A stretch of 64,000 nucleotides of DNA from Lachnospiraceae bacterium (lineage in GTDB: Bacteria; Bacillota; Clostridia; Lachnospirales; Lachnospiraceae). Location of the stretch: the NCBI GenBank assembly GCA_045627205.1, contig JAZQNG010000064.1, positions 2,573 to 66,572 of the forward strand, read 5' to 3'. This document shows positions 1 through 6,486 of the stretch, in pieces (position 1 is the stretch's first letter; each line of letters opens with the position of its first letter). The position numbers were made by a program, and so were the translations under genes. The notes under the pieces were generated by a model, which saw nothing but the letters and a program-made list of their open reading frames with translations, ran no database searches and was not told where the DNA came from.

Positions 1-642
1 GTGACCAGAGAAGCGCTGACACGGGGCAATGAACGTAAATTTCTGGAGTTCGTTAAACAGGATAAGCATTTCTGCAGGTATTATGAGGCTATTTTTATTC
101 TGTTTAATACCGGACTGCGTATCTCGGAATTTGTAGGAATTACAATTAAAAATGTTGATTTCAAGCATCACAAAATTATCGTTGACCATCAGCTTATCAG
201 AACAAGCAAAATGCGTTATATGATTGAACTGCCCAAGACGGAATGTGGTGTCAGGGAGATACCGATGACAAAGGACGTAGAAGAGGCTTTCCGGACTATT
301 ATAGCAAATAGGGTTAAGCCTAAGGCGGAGCCTGTCATTGATGGTTATTCCGGTTTCTTATTTCTTGACAAGAATGATATGCCGATGGTAGCCCTTCACT
401 GGGAAAAATATTTTCAGCACATCCTTGAAAAGTATAACAGGACTTACAAGCTGCAGATGCCTAAGGTTACACCTCATGTATGCAGACATACATTTTGCAC
501 CAATATGGCAAAGAGCGGTATGAATCCAAAGAGTCTTCAGTATATAATGGGCCATGCCGAGATAAGCATTACCATGGATCATTATACTCATATCAATTTT
601 GAGGATGCAGAGGCTGAGATGAAGAGAGTTGTTGCATATTAA
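1..642 (+). CDS. tyrosine-type site-specific integrase/recombinase, C-terminal part (5' end lies outside the window)
   Basis: Frame is open from base 1. Catalytic-domain hallmarks in the translation: NTGLRISEF (Arg box), HVCRHTFCTNMA (H-x-x-R box), GHAEISITMDHYTH (His/Tyr nucleophile region). TAA stop at 640-642. Confidence 0.85.
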   Translation: MTREALTRGNERKFLEFVKQDKHFCRYYEAIFILFNTGLRISEFVGITIKNVDFKHHKIIVDHQLIRTSKMRYMIELPKTECGVREIPMTKDVEEAFRTIIANRVKPKAEPVIDGYSGFLFLDKNDMPMVALHWEKYFQHILEKYNRTYKLQMPKVTPHVCRHTFCTNMAKSGMNPKSLQYIMGHAEISITMDHYTHINFEDAEAEMKRVVAY

Positions 643-672
643 TTTCTGCAAATGGTGTGGTGGAAAAATGGC

Positions 673-699
673 ATTCGTACCCCCATTCGTACCCCCATT
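673..699. repeat. 12-bp direct tandem repeat ATTCGTACCCCC x2 plus a partial third copy, just downstream of the integrase stop
   Basis: Read directly: ATTCGTACCCCC at 673-684 and 685-696, followed by ATT. Confidence 0.7.
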
Positions 700-813
700 T
701 TGTCAAAAATATAAGATTTTATGAGAACTTATGTGATGTTACGCAATTTTGAAGAAACGCCGCAAACCCCGTAAAATGGGGCTTTGCGACGATATATGAG
801 GTTATATGAAATT

Positions 814-1278
814 ATGATAAAAGTACTATTTATTTGCCACGGCAACATCTGCCGCAGCACAATGGCTGAGAGCGTTTTTACCTACATGGTAAAGCAGCGC
901 CATATAGAAGACAAATTTATGATTTATTCGGCGGCGACGAGCCGTGAGGAGATTGGAAACGGACCGCACTACGGGACGGTGGGGAAACTGCGCGCGGAGG
1001 GGATACCGGTTGTGCCGCACAGGGCAGTTCAGATGACTAAGAGCTATTATGATGAATATGATTACCTGATAGGCATGGATACGGCGAATATCAGGAACAT
1101 GAATTATATTGCGGGCGGAGATCCCCAGGGGAAGATATATAAGCTGCTGACGTTTGCCGGGTCGGGTGCGGATGTGGCGGATCCGTGGTATACGGATAAT
1201 TTTGATGTGACTTATGATGATATTTGCAGAGGTCTTGAAGGCTTTTTAAACTTTCTGACGGAAAAGGGCGAAATCTAG
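814..1278 (+). CDS. low-molecular-weight protein-tyrosine phosphatase
   Basis: ORF 784-1278; preferred start is ATG 814 (MIKVLFICHGNICRS). P-loop C-X5-R-S (CHGNICRS) and Asp general-acid loop (VADPWY). TAG stop at 1276-1278. Confidence 0.85.
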   Translation: MIKVLFICHGNICRSTMAESVFTYMVKQRHIEDKFMIYSAATSREEIGNGPHYGTVGKLRAEGIPVVPHRAVQMTKSYYDEYDYLIGMDTANIRNMNYIAGGDPQGKIYKLLTFAGSGADVADPWYTDNFDVTYDDICRGLEGFLNFLTEKGEI

Positions 1279-1292
1279 CCGAATTCACCCAT

Positions 1293-1484
1293 AAGGAAGT
1301 CAGCGAATGCAGAAATTTCAGAACAGGCAAAAGGAAATCAATGAATGTAGGGATTTCAGAACAGGCAAAAGGAAATCAACGAATGTAGGGATTTCGGAAC
1401 AGGCAAAAGGAAGTCAGCGAATGTAGGGATTTCGGAACAGGCAAAAGGGAATCAATGAATGCAGGAATCGCGGAACAAAAGAAA
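1293..1484. repeat. 38-bp tandem repeat, about 5 copies, intergenic
   Basis: Units start at 1305, 1343, 1381, 1419 and 1457. Consensus is GAATGTAGGGATTTCGGAACAGGCAAAAGGAAGTCAGC with a few substitutions per copy. A partial unit tail precedes the first copy. Confidence 0.9.
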
Positions 1485-1645
1485 AAAATGGCGAAAATAA
1501 AGTCTGCGTCAAAATGACGAAAAGAGAATTTTGAAAGTGAAGAAAGCGAGAAAAAGACAGAAAAATACATTATCTGAGAAATAAAAAGGTTTGACAGGAA
1601 TGCGGAGTCTGTGTTAAAAAAACGAATGGACTTCGGAGGATTATC

Positions 1646-3064
1646 ATGAACGAGTTAACGGTTTATAATAAAAAATTTGAGTGGAAGCCGTTTTTGAAGA
1701 AACTGGCTTCCATTGCTGTGCCTATAGCTATACAGAACCTGCTTACCACTACCGCCAGCATGGTGGACACCATGATGGTGGCTCCGCTGGGTGAACTTTC
1801 GGTAGGTGCGCTGGGGCTTTGTGCACAGTTTTCATCGCTGCTATTTTCGGGGTACTGGGGATTTGTAGGCGGCGGAATGCTGTTCTTTTCACAGTACTGG
1901 GGAGCCAAGGATGATGACGGGCTTGACAGGTCCTACGGACTGACTCTGGTGTGCATGATGACGGTGGCACTGGTGTTTGGTCTGTCAGCGATTTTCATGC
2001 CGGAAGTTATTATGAAAATATACACCGACAAGGAGGAAATACGGGCTATCGGAAGAGAGTACCTCAGCATAGTAGGCTATGCGTACATACTGCAGGTATT
2101 TTCCATGGCTATGAGCTGTCTGCTCAGATCCACCGAAAGAGTGCGTATTCCGCTTGTTGCGTCCATAGTTTCTGTAGGAACTAACCTTTTCTTAAACTGG
2201 GTATTTATTTACGGAAATCTCGGGGCACCCGAAATGGGAATAAAGGGAGCTGCACTTGCTACCACCATAGCTGCGGTAACAAATGTGCTTACGGTTTTGG
2301 CCATGGCGGGAGCTACGGGATATCAGTACCTTTTCCATTTCAACAGACATTTTTTATGGAACAGGCAGATTGTTAAGGAGTATTTTGTCAAATGTTTTCC
2401 CATCATATGCAACGAGGTGCTGGTGGGTGTTGGAAATCTGATAATAAATATTACGCTGGGACGCCAGAGTGAGGAAGTAATTGCTGCACTGGCCGTATTC
2501 CGAACCATAGAAGGTCTGATTATCGGATTCTTTGCGGGATTTTCAAATGCATCCTCCGTACTGGTGGGCAAATGTGTAGGTGCCGGTGAGCTTGACACCG
2601 CTTATGAGAGAGCAAAACGTCTTGTTTACCTGTGCAGCGGCGTTATTTTTGGCGTGTATTGTCTGCTTATGGCGTTTCACGGTCCGATTTTGCACGCCAT
2701 GAGTCTGAAGGGCGAGTCCTTTGAGATAGGGACTAATCTTTTAATGATATTTATGGTGGCTTCGGTTATAAGAATGGGGAACTGGATTCAGAACGATACC
2801 TATCGTGCTGCGGGAGATGCGGTTTACGGCACGGTATTGGAGATTGTGTTCATGTATATTGTGCTGATTCCATGCGTGCTGATTACGGGATTTGTTCTGA
2901 AAGCTCCTTACTGGGTGATTTTCATCTGCTGTTATATTGACGAGCCTATCCGTTACTGTCTGATGCAGATTCATCTTTATTCGGGAAAATGGATTAAGCC
3001 TGTAACGGATCTGGGGCGGGCTGCCTTGCCGGAATTTAAGAAAAAACATAAAAAATATATATAA
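1646..3064 (+). CDS. MATE family efflux transporter
   Basis: 472-aa polytopic membrane ORF. GGAGG lies about 8 nt upstream of the ATG. About 12 hydrophobic segments and a MATE-like N-terminus (PIAIQNLLTTTASMVDTMMV). Confidence 0.8.
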   Translation: MNELTVYNKKFEWKPFLKKLASIAVPIAIQNLLTTTASMVDTMMVAPLGELSVGALGLCAQFSSLLFSGYWGFVGGGMLFFSQYWGAKDDDGLDRSYGLTLVCMMTVALVFGLSAIFMPEVIMKIYTDKEEIRAIGREYLSIVGYAYILQVFSMAMSCLLRSTERVRIPLVASIVSVGTNLFLNWVFIYGNLGAPEMGIKGAALATTIAAVTNVLTVLAMAGATGYQYLFHFNRHFLWNRQIVKEYFVKCFPIICNEVLVGVGNLIINITLGRQSEEVIAALAVFRTIEGLIIGFFAGFSNASSVLVGKCVGAGELDTAYERAKRLVYLCSGVIFGVYCLLMAFHGPILHAMSLKGESFEIGTNLLMIFMVASVIRMGNWIQNDTYRAAGDAVYGTVLEIVFMYIVLIPCVLITGFVLKAPYWVIFICCYIDEPIRYCLMQIHLYSGKWIKPVTDLGRAALPEFKKKHKKYI

Positions 3065-3144
3065 ATTTGGTTACAAAATCAAAGGTTTCTGCTATACTGT
3101 AAGTATTAAATAAATGTCATGTGCAAGCCAAGACTACGAAAGGT

Positions 3145-3996
3145 ATGGGTCAGAAGATGCAGAAGGATGAAAATATAATTTCAAATGGGTTCAATCCAAC
3201 TTTTTTGTATACATGGAAGGGTATCAGAACAGTAAATGAGGAAAAATATCATTGCCACGATCATCTTGAGATGGCCTTTATAATGTCGGGAAAAGGCAGA
3301 TATAAAATTGACGGTCAGATGTACGATATAGAGGAGGGCGATCTTCTGATATTTAACCCCGGCACTTATCATCAGGCGTTTTGTGTTAATCAGAAAACTC
3401 CGACTTATGAGTTTTTCATCGGGGCCATGAATTTTAATATCGACGGAATGCAGGAAGACCATTTACTCTTAAAGAGCATGCCTGTATATAAGTGCGGTTC
3501 AGACCTGAAGCAGAAGCTTATGAGAATCTGCACGTCCATGAGTATTGAGCGTGAGGACAGAAAGCTGGGACGTTATTTTATGATGCAGGCATATCTTGTT
3601 CAGTTCCTGCTGTACATTCTGCGTGACGAGCAGCTTCCGGGAGAACCTGAAAGTCATTGTTCGTTTGAATCGATAAACAAGAACAAGATTGTGGAGGATA
3701 TCATCGTTTATTTCGGGGAGCATTATTCTGAGAAGATTTCGCTGGATATGATTTCGGAAAACATGTATGTCAGTCCCTTCTATATTTCCAAGATATTTAA
3801 GTCTGTAACCGGTGATACGCCTATCAGATACCTGATTAACATCAGGTTGGATAAGGCTAAGGAACTGTTGGAAAAGAATCCGGGAATCAGCGTTAAAGAA
3901 GTTTCCGACATGGTAGGCTATGACGATGCGTACCATTTTAGCAAGCTGTTCAAAAAGAGATTCGGGGTATCACCCTCAGGAATAAGGAACGCATAA
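3145..3996 (+). CDS. AraC family transcriptional regulator (cupin-like sensor plus HTH)
   Basis: C-terminal AraC-type HTH (YISKIFKSVTGDTPIRYLINIRLDKAKELL ... YHFSKLFKKRFGVSPS) and a cupin-like N-terminal half. Start is uncertain (GTG 3121, ATG 3145 or ATG 3157). Confidence 0.8.
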   Translation: MGQKMQKDENIISNGFNPTFLYTWKGIRTVNEEKYHCHDHLEMAFIMSGKGRYKIDGQMYDIEEGDLLIFNPGTYHQAFCVNQKTPTYEFFIGAMNFNIDGMQEDHLLLKSMPVYKCGSDLKQKLMRICTSMSIEREDRKLGRYFMMQAYLVQFLLYILRDEQLPGEPESHCSFESINKNKIVEDIIVYFGEHYSEKISLDMISENMYVSPFYISKIFKSVTGDTPIRYLINIRLDKAKELLEKNPGISVKEVSDMVGYDDAYHFSKLFKKRFGVSPSGIRNA

Positions 3997-4031
3997 ATAA
4001 AAGCTGCTTCAAAGAAAATTTGGAGCAGCTT

Positions 4032-4535
4032 TTATTTGAAGATTACATTTCTGTATTTTCCGAGAAGGAAGAGCAGTGCCAGACCGAGTATGTAGCAGGA
4101 GATAAGCTCTCCGATTCCGACCGTAAGCATCATAAACGGCAGCGGCTGACCTTCTCCGTAGGCAAAACGCAGAACCGGCGGGATAATCAGAGTGTTGCTG
4201 ATTACCGGAGGAAGCGGTACCAGATATTTGTGTCTGCGCAGGGTATAGGAGCCGAGCGCTCCGATGAAAGTTGCAAGACTGCCGAAAATAATATCGAAAA
4301 TATCGGCACCGGTAAGGAGACTGCTGATGAGGCAGCCGATGGTGACTCCGGGAATGGCGGAGCCGGTATAGTAGGGAAGAATAGTGAGCATTTCCGCAAT
4401 TCTTACCTGAAGGAACGAAAAGCTGATAGGCTTAAAAATAATGCACAGCACGGTGTAGATTGCAGCGATAAGTGCAGCCTCGGTGATGAGACGGGTTTTT
4501 CGCCGACTGTTCTTTCTTGCTTTTTCATGAATCAT
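4032..4535 (-). CDS. queT: QueT-family queuosine-precursor transporter (ECF-type S component)
   Basis: 167-aa membrane ORF with QueT-like blocks (VRIAEMLTILP, IPGVTIGCLISSL, DIIFGSLATFIGA, PLPPVISN). Preferred over the overlapping + strand ORF 4020-4703, whose translation is low-complexity. Confidence 0.75.
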   Translation of the reverse strand: MIHEKARKNSRRKTRLITEAALIAAIYTVLCIIFKPISFSFLQVRIAEMLTILPYYTGSAIPGVTIGCLISSLLTGADIFDIIFGSLATFIGALGSYTLRRHKYLVPLPPVISNTLIIPPVLRFAYGEGQPLPFMMLTVGIGELISCYILGLALLFLLGKYRNVIFK

Positions 4536-4542
4536 TTTTTTA

Positions 4543-4578
4543 TACCTGATTTTTTAATATGGTTATCGGTTACCATTC
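4543..4578 (-). promoter_or_regulatory. candidate preQ1-I-like riboswitch directly upstream of queT (hypothesis only)
   Basis: Minus-strand RNA reads AUGGU-AACCGAUA-ACCAU-AUUAAAAA-AUCAGG. That is a 5-bp stem, an A-rich tail, and a possible GAU/AUC pseudoknot overlapping the AGG Shine-Dalgarno 9 nt before the ATG. The layout parallels known preQ1-I aptamers, but the ligand-pairing C is not clearly placed. Confidence 0.25.
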
Positions 4579-4757
4579 ACAGTCGAATGATAATGAACAC
4601 AAGCCTGAAGCACGTTTTATGGTTTGCGCACAGTATTGTCCGACTGTGGAGGCCGGACAGGACACATGAACAAACCATGGGCTGTGAAGCAACGACTGAT
4701 TGAGTAACAGGCAGAGCTTATGAATGCGTTACGGACCGCCTGTGAATAGTAACGGTT
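4567..4757. repeat. dispersed hairpin repeat family H, copy 1 (composite element with inverted termini)
   Basis: The termini CGGTTACCATTCACAG (4567-4582) and CTGTGAATAGTAACGG (4740-4755) are inverted repeats (14/16). The inner hairpin CACAGTCG...CGACTGTG spans 4578-4648. The segment CTGTGAAGCAACGACTGA (4682-4699) recurs at 35930-35947. Confidence 0.55.
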
Positions 4758-4782
4758 CTTACAAAAGTAGCGCAGGTGGCAC

Positions 4783-4811
4783 TTGCAATACAAACAAATG
4801 TTTTGTATACT
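4783..4811 (+). promoter_or_regulatory. sigma-70-type promoter upstream of the nuclease/ATPase operon
   Basis: TTGCAA (4783-4788), 17-nt spacer, TATACT (4806-4811), with a TG at the extended -10 position. Confidence 0.5.
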
Positions 4812-4939
4812 ATCATTAGGGCGTCAAAAAGGGACGCTTGTATCATGCTTATGGGAACCGGTTTAGCTACAGATGAATTCCTCTATATATTATAGCGAGG
4901 AGAAGCAGGTTTAGCAAGTGAACTGTGCGGAGGGAATTT

Positions 4940-6235
4940 ATGCGATTTATTCATACGGGAGATTTTCATTTGAAAATGAGTCCCGAAAAGGATTTTGAGT
5001 GGTCGAAGAACAGAAAAAGAGAGATATATGAAACCTTTGAAAAGATAGTTTCGGAAGCGGCTAAAAAGGGTGCTAACCTGTTGCTTATAGCCGGGGATAT
5101 GTTTCACGAACAGCCTAAAATAAAGGACCTCAAGGAGGTTGATTCGGTATTTGCCGGGATTCCGAAGGTTCATGTGGTTATTACGGCGGGAAACCATGAT
5201 TATATAGGTGCCAATTCACCCTACAGGGATTATGAATGGAGCCCGAATGTGACATTCCTGAAGTCTGACACCTGGGAAAGCGTTTATTTTGAGGATATTA
5301 ATACCGAAGTCTACGGCTTCAGTTACCATGAGAGAACCGTCAGGAAGGATGTGACTCTCGGAATCAGGCCGGGGGATAATTCCAGAATTAATATTCTTAT
5401 GGTTCATGGCGGCTCTGCGGAGGATGTACCCTTTAGCGGGGAAAGTCTGGAGCATTCGGGGTTTGATTATGTGGCTTTGGGACATATACACAAGCCTGAT
5501 ATTTTGAGCAGAAAAGTAAGATACTGCGGTTCTCCGGAGCCTTTGGACAGGAATGAAACCGGAGAACACGGCTATATTCTGGGAGAGATTACCGGGAAAG
5601 AAAAGTCAAAGAACCTGTTGAAAGACGAACCAGGTGAGAATTCAGGCGAGCGTGGACAGGCATGTGCTGAAAAAGATGCGAAAACAGGCGAACCGGGTAT
5701 TTTTTCTGCAGAACCCGGTGACGGAATGCGTGAAGGGGCATCCTTTATGTTTGTAGCTGCATCCAAACGCCGGTATTTTCATGAGAATGTGGAAGTTAAC
5801 CCGGAAATGACGGATTTTCTTCTGCGGGAGTGCATTTTAAGAATAATAGATGAAAAGGGAAGAGAGAACTATTATTCATTTGAACTTGTCGGGAAAAGAG
5901 ATCCCGATATTACGTTTGATACTGAGGATATGCGAATCGGGATATCATCTGCCATGTCGGCTTTGCGGACATCGGTAAAGGCAGACGGAGAAGTATCCGA
6001 AAAGGATTCGGAAGAGGCAGCCGGGGGCAGCATTTCGGTCGGAGACATTATGAAGATTACGGACAGAACCGCTCCGAATTATGACTTTGAAAGACTGCAG
6101 GCGGAAAACGGTGATAACGTAGTGGGAATGTTTATTGAGGCTGTGAAAAACAGTGATTTTTCACAGGAAGTAATCGATAAGGCGCTGGCTTACGGGATGG
6201 AGGCACTGCAGGTGACGTCCGGCCGGAGAAAGTGA
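4940..6235 (+). CDS. SbcD/Mre11-like metallophosphoesterase DNA-repair exonuclease (Bacillus YhaO type)
   Basis: Start ATG 4940 follows GGAGGG. Calcineurin-like motifs appear in order: IHTGDFHL, AGDMFH, GNHD, MVHG, LGHIH. A low-complexity acidic insert sits mid-protein. Confidence 0.8.
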   Translation: MRFIHTGDFHLKMSPEKDFEWSKNRKREIYETFEKIVSEAAKKGANLLLIAGDMFHEQPKIKDLKEVDSVFAGIPKVHVVITAGNHDYIGANSPYRDYEWSPNVTFLKSDTWESVYFEDINTEVYGFSYHERTVRKDVTLGIRPGDNSRINILMVHGGSAEDVPFSGESLEHSGFDYVALGHIHKPDILSRKVRYCGSPEPLDRNETGEHGYILGEITGKEKSKNLLKDEPGENSGERGQACAEKDAKTGEPGIFSAEPGDGMREGASFMFVAASKRRYFHENVEVNPEMTDFLLRECILRIIDEKGRENYYSFELVGKRDPDITFDTEDMRIGISSAMSALRTSVKADGEVSEKDSEEAAGGSISVGDIMKITDRTAPNYDFERLQAENGDNVVGMFIEAVKNSDFSQEVIDKALAYGMEALQVTSGRRK

Positions 6236-6241
6236 GCGAAA

Positions 6242-6469
6242 TACCGGGAAATCTGAAGTGCAGCGAAAGCGGCAACGTAGGGAAGTCCGGGAGAATCGAT
6301 GCCCAAAATGTCAGAATGGAAGCAATAATTCCCGGGAAAACTGACAGGCAGAAACGTAGGGAAGTCCGGGAGAATCGGTGCCCAAAATGTCATAGCAGAA
6401 GAAAGAATCACCGGGAAAACTGACGGGCAGAAACGCGGGGAAGCCCGGGAGAATCGGTGCTCGGGAACA
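6242..6469. repeat. 79-bp tandem repeat, about 2.9 copies, between the nuclease and ATPase genes
   Basis: Units start at 6274, 6353 and 6432 (AACGTAGGGAAGTCCGGGAGAATCG...CCCGGGAAAACTGACAGGCAGA). A partial unit precedes them at 6242-6273. Confidence 0.9.
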
Positions 6470-6486
6470 GGAAAAATGGAGACAGG

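Noticed and set aside
1293-1484. Possible CRISPR array, given the regular 38-bp periodicity. The same question applies to 6242-6469.
   Set aside because: The units are contiguous with no unique spacers between them. No cas genes occur in the window. These are plain tandem repeats.
4020-4703. 227-aa + strand ORF
   Set aside because: It is antisense to a membrane ORF with clear QueT-family blocks. Its own translation is low-complexity and charged, has no motifs and no RBS, and runs into a repeat element.
6232-6423. 63-aa + strand ORF, with other short ORFs inside the 79-bp repeat array
   Set aside because: The reading frame is generated by the repeat itself. There is no RBS, and the peptide is a repeated basic low-complexity string.
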